Of a stretch of 64,000 bases of DNA, positions 54,928-64,000 are shown in pieces. Both the position numbers and the translations under genes were made by a program. This stretch comes from Faecousia sp. (GTDB lineage: Bacteria > Bacillota > Clostridia > Oscillospirales > Oscillospiraceae): the NCBI GenBank assembly GCA_045590815.1, contig JAZNRS010000026.1:1151-65150 (forward strand), read 5' to 3'. Position 1 is the stretch's first letter. The number at the start of each line of letters is the position of its first letter. Under the pieces are notes generated by a model. It did not search any database, was not told the DNA's origin, and saw nothing but the letters and a program-made list of their open reading frames with translations.

Positions 54928-57900
54928 TTATTCCACGATTCCCAAATACTGCTCCATCTGATTCAGATCCAGCCGCAGCAGCTTGGACACGCCCTGCTCC
55001 TGCATGGTCACGCCGTAAAGCACATCGGATGCTTCCATGGTGCCACGGCGGTGAGTAATGACGATAAACTGGGTCTTTTTGCTCAAATTATGCAGGTAGT
55101 TGGCAAAGCGCTCGACATTTCGGTCGTCCAACGCCGCATCGATCTCGTCCAGCAGGCAGAAGGGCGTGGGGCGCACCTTCAAAATGGCGAAATACAGCGC
55201 CGTTGCCACAAATGCCTTCTCGCCACCGGACAGCAAGGTAATGGTCTTGACCTGCTTTCCGGGGGGCTGCACACGGATCTCGATACCGCAGGTCAGCGGA
55301 TTGTCCTTGTCCTCAAGAATCAGCTGACCCTTACCGCCGCCGAACATTTCCTCAAAGACCTGACCGAAATAATGGTCGATCTTGGCAAATTCCGTAACAA
55401 AAATGGCGGTCATTTCCTGGGTGATGTCCCGGATGATGCTCTCCAGCTCCCGCTTGGAGGTGAGCACATCGTCCCGCTGAGAACTGAGGTAGGTGTAGCG
55501 CTCGTTAACACGGGCATACTCCTCGATGGCGCCCAGGTTGGGCGTGCCCAAGCCGGAGATCTTCCGCTTCAGCTCCGCAATTCGGCGGTTGCCGGCGGTG
55601 ACAGATTCGATCTGTCCCCGGTGCTCGATGGCTGTGCCGGGAGTCAAACCGTAGGAATCCCACAGTTTGTCGATGATCTGACGCTCCTCCATGGCGGTGG
55701 TGACCTTCTTCTGCTCCAGCAGTGCGCAGGCACGTTCCATGTTCAGAATGTCCTTATTCTTCTCCTGGGCTTCCCGCTCGGAACGGGTCTTTGTGGCCTC
55801 CGCATCCGCACGGTCCGCCATGACCTTTTCCATGGCACGGCGCATTTGGGCGGTTTCTGCGTCATTTTCCTTCTGCTGTGCCTTCAGACGGCTGATCTCA
55901 CCCTCCAGGCGGACATTATCCTCCCGGATGGCATCCATCAGCGCCTGCTTCTTGGCACGGTCGCCTTCCATGGCGCCCTGGAGCTGGGTCAGATCCTGGA
56001 TGTGGGTCTCGGCGGTGTGCCGCTCCGCGTCCAAAGCCGCTTCTTCCGTCTTCAGCTCCGTCATCCGATCGGTGATCTGAGCGGTGGCGTTGGCGGCATC
56101 GGTCTGGGTGCCTTCCAGGGATGCGATCTGTGCCTTGGTATCTGCCAGCTGGGCAGTATACACCTGGATCTTCGCCTGCTGAGCAGCATAGCGCTCCCGG
56201 TCGGAACGGTCACGCTCATTCAGCGCATCCTTTTCCCGGGTAGCAGAAGCGATGGCATCCACAATAGCCTGCAGCAAGATCTCATGCTGCTTCTCCTGAC
56301 CCTGTAGGCGAAGCACCTGGTCTTCAGCGCTGCGCAGCTGATCCCGGGCGGTATTCAGCTCGAATTCCACCTGGTCCACCTGCCGCTGGGCTTCCGTCAG
56401 CTCAGCCTCGGTGATCAGCTTCTTATCCTGCAGCTCCTTTTCCCGGGCGGTGAGCTTCTCCAGCTCGTTGGCACGGGACAGAATGCCGGCTTCCTTATTT
56501 ACAGAACCGCCGGTCATGGAACCGCCGGGGTTCATGACCTGACCGTCCAAAGTGACGATCTTGAAGCGGTTGCGGTACTTATTTGCCATGTTGATGGCGG
56601 CATCGATATCGTGGACGATGACGATGCGCCCCAACAAATTTTCCACGATCCCCCGGTAGCGCGCGTCGCTGGTGACCAGCTCCGATGCAATGCCCACGAA
56701 TCCACGGCAATTCTCCAGACCATTCTCCTGCAGGGTACGCCCCTGGATGGTGGACATGGGCAGGAAGGTGGCACGGCCACCGCCGGTACGCTTTAAATAG
56801 GAAATGGCAGCCTTGCCGTCCGCCTCGTTTTCCACCACGATCTGCTGCATGGCAGCGCCCAGGGCAATCTCAATCGCCACGGTATAGTCATCCTCGGTGC
56901 GGATCAGTCGGGACACGGGGCCGTGGATATTCCGCAGACTCCCCCGCTGTGCCTCCTGCAGCACCAGGCGGACGGATTTATTGTAGCTTTCAAAATCCCG
57001 CTCCATCGCCCGGAAGACCCGTGCCTTGGCGGTAACGCCGTCCAGCTTTTGGGTCAGCTCCCGGAGCTCGTTTGCCAGATCATCCCGGCGCTTAGCACGG
57101 GTGGTCTGCCGGAGGGTGTAGCCGGAGATCATATTGTTGGCGGCAGTCACGTCCTCCTGGGCACGGCGCAGCTGGCTGCGGCAATCATCCAAATTGGACT
57201 GCGCCTCCCGGCGGCGATCGTCGCCGGAGGAAAGATCCTCGTTCAGCAGCGCAAGGCGCTCTGCGGTCTGGGTCATGCTGTCCTCCAGGCCACGGATATC
57301 CGCTTCCCGACCGGCAATATCGGCAGACAAGCTGGTTTCCTTGCCCCGCAGCTCCAAAAACTGACGGATCAAGCCCTGGGCATTGGCAGTCATCGCTGCC
57401 AATTCCTGCTGGAGGGTATCCAGCACACGGCGCTTCTTCGCCAGATCCTCATCGATTTCAGCAATACGCTCCTGGGCTTGGGAAATCTGAGTCACAATGC
57501 CGCCGCTGCGGCTTTCGTCGCCCCGAAGCTCTTCTTCAATACGGGCAATATTGCCCTCATTATTGGTCACATTACCCCGAAGGACTGCCATCTGACCGTC
57601 CAGCTGCTGATGGGTAGCCTCCAGCATATTCACCTTCAAGCGAACCGTTTCCAGCTCCCCATCCCGGCGGCGGAGCAGCTCAGACAGCTCCGTTGCCTGG
57701 TTGTACAGCCGATCCAGGTCGTCGTGAGCCTGCTGCAGCACGAAAGACGCAGAGGCGTAGTCCTCCTCCGCCTTCTTGGCAGCGGCGGACAGCCGATCCA
57801 GCGTATCCAGCCACACAGCGACCTCGACACCCTGGAGCTCGTCCTTCAGCTCCAGGTATTTTTTCGCCTTTTCCGACTGCACCTTCAAAGGCTCCAATTG

Positions 57901-58500
57901 GAGTTCCAATTCAGAAACCTTGTCGCCGATGCGCATCAAATTATCCTCGGTGCGCTCCAGCTTCCGCTCGGTTTCCTCCTTGCGGTGGCGGTACTTGGAG
58001 ATGCCTGCCGCCTCCTCAAAGATCTCACGGCGGTCAGCGCTCTTCAGGGACAAGATCTCATCAATTCTGCCCTGACCGATGTTGGAGTAGCCCTCTTTGC
58101 CCAAGCCGGTGTCCATGAACATTTCATTGATGTCACGCAAGCGGGCGGACTGTCGGTTGATATAGTATTCCGAGTCACCGGAGCGGTAATACCGTCGGGT
58201 GACCATAACCTCGTCGGAGTCGTAAGCCAGGGCACGGTCCGAGTTGTCCAGGGTCAAGGTGGCTTCCGCAAAGCCCACAGCAGGACGCTTTTGGGTACCG
58301 CCGAAGATCACGTCCTCCATTTTGGCGCCACGGAGCGTCTTACTGCTCTGCTCGCCCATGACCCAGAGGATCGCATCGGAAATATTCGATTTACCGGAGC
58401 CGTTGGGGCCCACGATGGCGGTGATGTCATCGCCGAATCGGATCAGGGTCTTGTCCGGAAAGGACTTGAAGCCCTGCACTTCCAAAGATTTCAGATACAC
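54928..58500 (-). CDS. smc: Chromosome segregation protein SMC
   Basis: GPNGSGKSN, hinge GRATFLP, LSGGE, LDEIDAALD; GTG start. Confidence 0.98.
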   Translation of the reverse strand: MYLKSLEVQGFKSFPDKTLIRFGDDITAIVGPNGSGKSNISDAILWVMGEQSSKTLRGAKMEDVIFGGTQKRPAVGFAEATLTLDNSDRALAYDSDEVMVTRRYYRSGDSEYYINRQSARLRDINEMFMDTGLGKEGYSNIGQGRIDEILSLKSADRREIFEEAAGISKYRHRKEETERKLERTEDNLMRIGDKVSELELQLEPLKVQSEKAKKYLELKDELQGVEVAVWLDTLDRLSAAAKKAEEDYASASFVLQQAHDDLDRLYNQATELSELLRRRDGELETVRLKVNMLEATHQQLDGQMAVLRGNVTNNEGNIARIEEELRGDESRSGGIVTQISQAQERIAEIDEDLAKKRRVLDTLQQELAAMTANAQGLIRQFLELRGKETSLSADIAGREADIRGLEDSMTQTAERLALLNEDLSSGDDRRREAQSNLDDCRSQLRRAQEDVTAANNMISGYTLRQTTRAKRRDDLANELRELTQKLDGVTAKARVFRAMERDFESYNKSVRLVLQEAQRGSLRNIHGPVSRLIRTEDDYTVAIEIALGAAMQQIVVENEADGKAAISYLKRTGGGRATFLPMSTIQGRTLQENGLENCRGFVGIASELVTSDARYRGIVENLLGRIVIVHDIDAAINMANKYRNRFKIVTLDGQVMNPGGSMTGGSVNKEAGILSRANELEKLTAREKELQDKKLITEAELTEAQRQVDQVEFELNTARDQLRSAEDQVLRLQGQEKQHEILLQAIVDAIASATREKDALNERDRSDRERYAAQQAKIQVYTAQLADTKAQIASLEGTQTDAANATAQITDRMTELKTEEAALDAERHTAETHIQDLTQLQGAMEGDRAKKQALMDAIREDNVRLEGEISRLKAQQKENDAETAQMRRAMEKVMADRADAEATKTRSEREAQEKNKDILNMERACALLEQKKVTTAMEERQIIDKLWDSYGLTPGTAIEHRGQIESVTAGNRRIAELKRKISGLGTPNLGAIEEYARVNERYTYLSSQRDDVLTSKRELESIIRDITQEMTAIFVTEFAKIDHYFGQVFEEMFGGGKGQLILEDKDNPLTCGIEIRVQPPGKQVKTITLLSGGEKAFVATALYFAILKVRPTPFCLLDEIDAALDDRNVERFANYLHNLSKKTQFIVITHRRGTMEASDVLYGVTMQEQGVSKLLRLDLNQMEQYLGIVE

Positions 58501-58656
58501 AGCAAAACCTCTTATAAATATGTAAAATAAATCAATTTATTATACTGTAAAACTCCGCAAAATGCAAGGTTTTCTTTCACAAAACCCATGGCGCATTTAT
58601 TGTTTTTCTTGACAGTCTTTGCTTTTTTCGCTAACATATATTTAGAGGTGACACCC

Positions 58657-59316
58657 ATGGACCACTACCTATACATCATGCTTTCCCGCACAAATACCCG
58701 TATCGCACGGTTGATCCGCTGTTTTACCCACGCCCGGTATAACCATGTATCTCTTTCTTTGGATGAAAGCTTTCAAAATTTCGTTTCTTTCGCCCGATAC
58801 AACCAGGACGTGGCGCTGGCCGGCGGCTATGTCACGGAGCCCGCGGATCGCATTCTCCACTCCGGTGAGCAAATCCCGGTGAAGATCTTCCGTGTTGAGA
58901 TAAATCAGACCCAACACGCACAGCTGCAAAGCCTCTTCAAGCAGGCAGGCAACCGGGATAGCGGATTGATTTACAACACCCTTGGTGCCATTTTGGCACC
59001 CATGCACCTGCGGCTTAAAGTCAACGGCGCATACACTTGTCTGGAATTTGCGTGTACGATTTTGGGTCTGCGGTGCGTCACCCTGCAGCAGCTGGAGGAG
59101 GCGCTCACGCCCTATCTGATCTACGATGGTGCGCTGCAGGATCTTCTGCCGGAGCTGTGTAATTCCAAAGATAAATTCTTCAACCGCCGGGGATTTCTCA
59201 AGGGCTTTGGCGATACCACCATCCACATGACACGTCTGCTGGGTCGGGCGCTTCATCTCACCCATTGCAAAGACCCCGTGGCGGACTACGCCAGTCAGCG
59301 GCACTCCGAAATATGA
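58657..59316 (+). CDS. Hypothetical protein, possibly permuted papain-like (NlpC/P60) fold
   Basis: YNHVSL near the N-terminus and YTCLEF later (His before Cys); RBS GAGGTG. Confidence 0.6.
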   Translation: MDHYLYIMLSRTNTRIARLIRCFTHARYNHVSLSLDESFQNFVSFARYNQDVALAGGYVTEPADRILHSGEQIPVKIFRVEINQTQHAQLQSLFKQAGNRDSGLIYNTLGAILAPMHLRLKVNGAYTCLEFACTILGLRCVTLQQLEEALTPYLIYDGALQDLLPELCNSKDKFFNRRGFLKGFGDTTIHMTRLLGRALHLTHCKDPVADYASQRHSEI

Positions 59317-59353
59317 CAAACCGGGCCGTTCAGACGAACAGCCCGGATATTAT

Positions 59354-60295
59354 TTACTTGCCCAGGAATTCCTTGGTGACCTTGACGATATTGCTCTCGC
59401 ACAGACCGAAGGCCTCCAGCACTTCGCCGGCAGGACCGGAGAAGCCGAACTGGTCATTGACGCCGATACGGCGCACAGGGGTGGGATAATTCTCAGCCAG
59501 GAAGCTGCAAACTGCCTCGCCCAGACCGCCGATGACGCTGTGCTCCTCGCAGGTGATGATCTTACCGCACTCCTTGGCGGCCTTCAGCACCAGCTCCTCG
59601 TCCAGAGGCTTGACGGTGGACATATTGATGATCCGGGCGTTGATGCCCTCAGCAGCCAGCGCCTCGCCTGCCTTGATGGCTTCATAGACCATCAGGCCGT
59701 TGGCAATGATGGCGATATCGTTGCCGTCACGCATCACTTCGCCCTTGCCGATGGTGAATTCAAAGCCTTCCTCATGGAAAACCGGCACAGCCAGTCTGCC
59801 CATGCGCAGATACACAGGGCCTTCGTATGCATAAGCAGCCTTGGTGGCAGCCTCAGCCTCCACGCCGTCGGCGGGGCAGATGACCACCATGCCGGGGATG
59901 GAGCGCATCAGAGCAAAATCCTCACAGCACTGGTGAGAAGCGCCGTCCTCGCCCACGGACATACCGCCATGGGAAGCGCCGATCTTCACATCCAGCCGGG
60001 GATAGCCCACAGAGTTGCGGATCTGCTCGAAAGCACGACCGCTGGCAAACATAGCGAAAGAAGACGCAAAGGGCGTAAAGCCGCTGGCAGCCAAACCGGC
60101 AGCCACACTGACCATATCCGCCTCGGCGATGCCGGCGTTAAAATGGCGATTGGGGAATTCCTTTGCGAACATACCGGTCTTGGTAGAGCCGGCCAGGTCG
60201 GCATCCAGCACCACGATATCGTCATGCTCCTTGCCCAGCGCCACAAGACCCTTGCCATAGCCATCACGGGTGGCCATTTTCTTAACATCAGCCAT
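59354..60295 (-). CDS. Transketolase C-terminal subunit
   Basis: DADLAGST, GIAE, GEDGASHQ, EEHSVIGGLG. Confidence 0.93.
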   Translation of the reverse strand: MADVKKMATRDGYGKGLVALGKEHDDIVVLDADLAGSTKTGMFAKEFPNRHFNAGIAEADMVSVAAGLAASGFTPFASSFAMFASGRAFEQIRNSVGYPRLDVKIGASHGGMSVGEDGASHQCCEDFALMRSIPGMVVICPADGVEAEAATKAAYAYEGPVYLRMGRLAVPVFHEEGFEFTIGKGEVMRDGNDIAIIANGLMVYEAIKAGEALAAEGINARIINMSTVKPLDEELVLKAAKECGKIITCEEHSVIGGLGEAVCSFLAENYPTPVRRIGVNDQFGFSGPAGEVLEAFGLCESNIVKVTKEFLGK

Positions 60296-60299
60296 AGTC

Positions 60300-61142
60300 T
60301 TAGCCCTCCAATTCTGCGAGCTTTGCCTTCAGCTCGCCCATAGCCTGCTCGAACTGGGCATCGTTGGGTGCCACGCCGTGCCAGCCGGCATTGTTTTCCA
60401 TGAAGGAAACGTCCTTGCCCTTCACCGTCTTCATGACAATGGCGGTGGGCTTGCCGGTGACAGTCTTTGCAGCCTCCATAGCAGCCTCGATGGCATCGAA
60501 ATCGTGACCGTCGATGGCGTAGACCTGAAAGCCGAATGCCTCCAGCTTGTCAACAATGGGATACGGACTCATGACCTTGGCGATATCGCCGTCGATCTGC
60601 AGACCGTTGTTATCAATAATGACACACAGGTTATCCAGCTTGTAGTGGCTGGCGAACATGCAAGCCTCCCAAACCTGACCTTCCTGGATCTCACCGTCGC
60701 CCAGCAGGGTGTAGACCCGGTTGGACTTGCCCTTGAGCTTGGCAGCCAGCGCCATGCCGCAAGCGGTGGAAATGCCCTGACCCAGGCTGCCGGTGGACAT
60801 ATCCACGCCGGGGACAGTATTCATATTGGGATGGCCCTGCAGGTAGCTGCCCACCTTACGCAGCGTCAGCAGATCCTCCACGCGGAAGAAGCCCCGCAGC
60901 GCCAGAGCGGCGTACAGACCGGGTGCGGTGTGACCCTTGCTCAGGACAAAACGGTCCCGATCCTCCCACTTGGGGTTCTTGGGATCCACATTCAGTTCCT
61001 TGAAGTACAGATAAGTGAACATATCCGCAGCGGACAGACTTCCGCCGGGATGACCGCACTTGGCAGCATGGGTGGACTCGATGATGCCCATACGCACCTT
61101 GCAGGCGGTGATGGCAAGCTGTTTCTTTTCCTGGGATGTCAT
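60300..61142 (-). CDS. Transketolase N-terminal subunit
   Basis: GHPGGSLS, LSKGH, TGSLGQG, GDGE (TPP motif). Confidence 0.93.
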   Translation of the reverse strand: MTSQEKKQLAITACKVRMGIIESTHAAKCGHPGGSLSAADMFTYLYFKELNVDPKNPKWEDRDRFVLSKGHTAPGLYAALALRGFFRVEDLLTLRKVGSYLQGHPNMNTVPGVDMSTGSLGQGISTACGMALAAKLKGKSNRVYTLLGDGEIQEGQVWEACMFASHYKLDNLCVIIDNNGLQIDGDIAKVMSPYPIVDKLEAFGFQVYAIDGHDFDAIEAAMEAAKTVTGKPTAIVMKTVKGKDVSFMENNAGWHGVAPNDAQFEQAMGELKAKLAELEG

Positions 61143-61325
61143 AGTATTTCTCCTTCAGTCGATGGTTCTGTGTTGGCACGGCTGCGCCGGCCATTCTTCA
61201 TTAGAGCCTACTACCCGCTTATATTATCATTATTCCCCAAATTTTGCAAGAGTTTTTCGTGAATTTTGCCCTTTTTTCGCAGACAAATCCCTTGCTTTTT
61301 CCACATCGAAACTTGTCAAAACGCA

Positions 61326-61360
61326 CAAAACGCAGCCGACCAAAAATCGGCTGCGTTTTG
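61326..61360. terminator. Intrinsic terminator
   Basis: CAAAACGCAGCCGA...TCGGCTGCGTTTTG. Confidence 0.75.
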
Positions 61361-61362
61361 AC

Positions 61363-61701
61363 TTATTCTTCTTCCGCAGGCTCCGGCTCCTTGACCAGTC
61401 CGGCAACATCGGACACAGGCAGCGAAAATGCAATGCCCTGGGCTTTCTTCGCCATGCCCATCTGCTTATAAATGGCGTTGAGGATATCGTCACGAATGGC
61501 TTTATCCACCACCATCATCAAAATTTCCTTCTCCTGGTGGAGGGTGATCCCGAAAAATGCCGCAGCCTCCTGCCCTGCAACGCCTCTGGCATTGAGGATG
61601 GTGCCGCCCCGGGCGCCGTTCTCCTTGGCGATCTCCATCACGTCATCGGCAAAGCCGGAATTGACGATAGCAAAGATCACCTCGTGGTTATTGGTTTTCA
61701 T
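61363..61701 (-). CDS. P-II-like regulator
   Basis: GARGGTILNARG, EKEI, GIAFSLPV. Confidence 0.85.
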   Translation of the reverse strand: MKTNNHEVIFAIVNSGFADDVMEIAKENGARGGTILNARGVAGQEAAAFFGITLHQEKEILMMVVDKAIRDDILNAIYKQMGMAKKAQGIAFSLPVSDVAGLVKEPEPAEEE

Positions 61702-62075
61702 GACTGCTCCCCCCTTTTCAGACGGTTATTACTCAAAAATTGATACAAATTCACGCCGATGACGCTGCTCAGCGGCACTGCGAAGGCAACGCCCTTGCCG
61801 TTGCGGATGGTGGAGAATTTATCCTCCAGCCGGTTCATCACCGCATCCACCATGTCCTCCCGGACAACGCTGAGGACCACGGCCTTTTCGCTGTTCAAGC
61901 CCAGCATATCCACCAGCTCGGAGCGAGCGGTACCCGTGCCGCCCATGACCATCTGGCAATTCACCTGAAACTGGCTGATCACGTCCATATAAAACTCCGC
62001 CTTGGGGCGATCCACCACCGTAAAGAGCAGCTTCAGCTTCTTGATCGCGGTATCATTGACCGTATTTGCCATCAT
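61698..62075 (-). CDS. P-II-like regulator (divergent)
   Basis: GTGTA, EKAVV, GVAFAVPL. Confidence 0.75.
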   Translation of the reverse strand: MMANTVNDTAIKKLKLLFTVVDRPKAEFYMDVISQFQVNCQMVMGGTGTARSELVDMLGLNSEKAVVLSVVREDMVDAVMNRLEDKFSTIRNGKGVAFAVPLSSVIGVNLYQFLSNNRLKRGEQS

Positions 62076-62084
62076 CGCTCCTCC

Positions 62085-63608
62085 TTACATAAAGTTGATG
62101 ATCTGCTGATCATCCGCATCCAGCATCCGCTCCATGGCCTTGCGCTCCTTCACACGTCCGGCAATGATGGCACGGAAGCCCAAAAGCTGAATGGTGATCA
62201 GCGGGGTCATGGCGACCAGCGCCACAACGCCGAAGGCATCCTGCAGCACCGCATCGGCACTCTGCAGGCTGACACAAGCGCCAACCGCCAGGGGCAGGAT
62301 AAATCCGGAGGTCATGGGACCGCTGGCAACGCCACCGGAGTCAAAGGCGATAGCGGTATACACCGGCGGCACAAACAGGCTCAGCGCCAGGGAAATGAAA
62401 TAGCCGGGGATGATGTAGTAAACCAAAGAGAAATCGAAAACGATCCGGATCATAGACAGGGCGATGGACGCACCAACGCCGATGCACAGACCCAATGTCA
62501 TCGCCTTGCGGGTGACGTAGCCGCCGGTGACTTCCTCCACCTGCTTATTCAGCACATGGATGGCAGGCTCCGCCAGCACCACCAGCACGCCGGTGACCAA
62601 ACCGAACACCACCAGGATCCACTTTCCGCACTTCGCCATTTGGAAACCCAGCTTATAGCCCACGGGCATGAAGCCCACATTGACACCGGTGAGGAAAATC
62701 ACAAGACCAGCATAGGTAAACACAACGCCCAAGGCGATCTTCGTCAGCTTCCGCTTGGGCAGCTTCAGGAAGAACAGCTGGCAGACCATGAAGAACGCCA
62801 CGATCAGACCAAGAGCCAGAGCGACCTCCTTGGCGGTATGTCCCAAAGAATGCAGATAAGTTCTCAAAATATCGCTGCTGGCAGTATAATCCGGCACATC
62901 ATAGCGCAGATCCTTACCGGAGAAAATGCCCAGTGCCAAAACAGCCAGGATCGGACCAACGCTGCACAGAGAAACCATACCGAAGCTGTTTTCCTGGGAG
63001 CGCTTATCGCCCAGGACACTGGAAATACCCACGCCCAGCGCCATGATAAAGGGCACAGTGATGGGGCCGGTGGTAACACCGCCGGAGTCGAATGCCATAG
63101 GCAGCAGCGCCGTCTTTTCATTCACCGCCAGCATCAGCGCCAGGGCAAACAGAAGCATATAAAACAGCATCAAAATTGCCGAGAGTTTTCGCCGAAACAC
63201 GATCCGCAGGATCGCAACAACCAAAAACGCTCCCACGCCCAGACCTACGGCGTACACCAGTACCGTCCCATTCATCACAGCGCTGACCTGCTTTGCCAAA
63301 ACCTGCAGATCCGGTTCCGCAATGGTGATCAGCATACCCAGAACAAAGCACACCGTCAGCAGCAGCCCCAGCTTCTTCTGCCGGGAAAGTCCGGCACCCA
63401 CATGGGTGCCCATGGGAGTCATTGCCAGATCAGCGCCCAAATTGAACAGTCCGATGCCCAAAATCAGCAGAACCGCCCCCACAGTAAAGGTAATCAACTC
63501 TACTGCTGAAAGGTCAAACCACGGGGTCAGGGCAAGAATATACACAATGGCGGTAATAGGCAATGCCGAAATCAGCGCCTCGAGGATTTTACTGCGCAGT
63601 TCCTTCAA
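62085..63608 (-). CDS. DUF1538 membrane protein with two fused domains
   Basis: AEP...AFDSGGVTTGP, then AEP...AFDSGGVASGP. Confidence 0.9.
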   Translation of the reverse strand: MKELRSKILEALISALPITAIVYILALTPWFDLSAVELITFTVGAVLLILGIGLFNLGADLAMTPMGTHVGAGLSRQKKLGLLLTVCFVLGMLITIAEPDLQVLAKQVSAVMNGTVLVYAVGLGVGAFLVVAILRIVFRRKLSAILMLFYMLLFALALMLAVNEKTALLPMAFDSGGVTTGPITVPFIMALGVGISSVLGDKRSQENSFGMVSLCSVGPILAVLALGIFSGKDLRYDVPDYTASSDILRTYLHSLGHTAKEVALALGLIVAFFMVCQLFFLKLPKRKLTKIALGVVFTYAGLVIFLTGVNVGFMPVGYKLGFQMAKCGKWILVVFGLVTGVLVVLAEPAIHVLNKQVEEVTGGYVTRKAMTLGLCIGVGASIALSMIRIVFDFSLVYYIIPGYFISLALSLFVPPVYTAIAFDSGGVASGPMTSGFILPLAVGACVSLQSADAVLQDAFGVVALVAMTPLITIQLLGFRAIIAGRVKERKAMERMLDADDQQIINFM

Positions 63609-63678
63609 TCTACTCCCCCCTACTTACATAATATTAGGATTATAGCATAGGCGTACGAATAAATCCAGTAAAAACCAA

Positions 63679-63708
63679 AAAATACCCCGGCAAAAGCCGG
63701 GGTATTTT
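63679..63708 (-). terminator. tuf terminator
   Basis: AAAATACCCCGGC-AAAA-GCCGGGGTATTTT. Confidence 0.85.
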
Positions 63709-63722
63709 GAAAGAACCAAGAA

Positions 63723-64000
63723 TTACTCGTAGATCTCGGTGACAACACCGGAACCGACGGTACGGCCGCCCTCGCGGATAGCGAAACGCAGGCCCTTCTC
63801 GATAGCGATGGGGGTGATCAGCTCAACGTTCATAACAACGTTGTCGCCGGGCATGCACATCTCAACGCCCTCGGGCAGGGAGATGATGCCGGTAACGTCG
63901 GTGGTACGGAAGTAGAACTGAGGACGATAGTTGTTGAAGAAAGGAGTATGACGGCCGCCTTCTTCCTTGGACAGGACGTAGACCTGGCCAGCGAACTTGG
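63723..64000 (-). CDS. tuf: Elongation factor Tu, 3' end (partial)
   Basis: [27 protein letters not shown]...[13 protein letters not shown]. Confidence 0.98.
   Translation of the reverse strand, partial: KFAGQVYVLSKEEGGRHTPFFNNYRPQFYFRTTDVTGIISLPEGVEMCMPGDNVVMNVELITPIAIEKGLRFAIREGGRTVGSGVVTEIYE

Overview
Mostly core chromosome of a spore-forming Clostridia-class Firmicute. Gene content and order suggest an Oscillospiraceae-like gut bacterium (inference). Housekeeping content: rplJL with an L10 leader, a five-tRNA operon (Val-Asp-Phe-Gly-Cys), the dcw cluster (mraZ to ftsZ, no murD or ftsA), smc-ftsY-rdgB-yhbY-nadD/yqeK-rsfS-leuS, efp, rpsU, split transketolase, sporulation genes (spmAB, abrB, SPOCS/LysM, spoVD-like) and the 3' end of tuf. 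No CRISPR array, rRNA, intact prophage or intact IS is visible. The least explained signal is intergenic, where at least four kinds of short structured repeat occur. (A) A covarying GATTGCCAC...GCAATGACA hairpin family, 13 units at 9 loci. (B) A composite CCTCTCCC element sharing an exact 16-bp hairpin with family A. (C) GTAG REPs around a truncated RAYT transposase. (D) Inverted heptamer arrays in front of a four-helix-bundle gene next to tRNA-Cys. Small accessory cassettes sit beside these repeats, two with duplicated terminator sequence. Also notable: a WYL regulator divergent from an nfo / FHA-RodA fusion / PBP operon, His/Cys-rich metal-binding proteins, a LeuRS with KMGKR in place of KMSKS, and two frameshifted secreted-protein genes. 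All calls come from reading motifs by eye; no database search was run.
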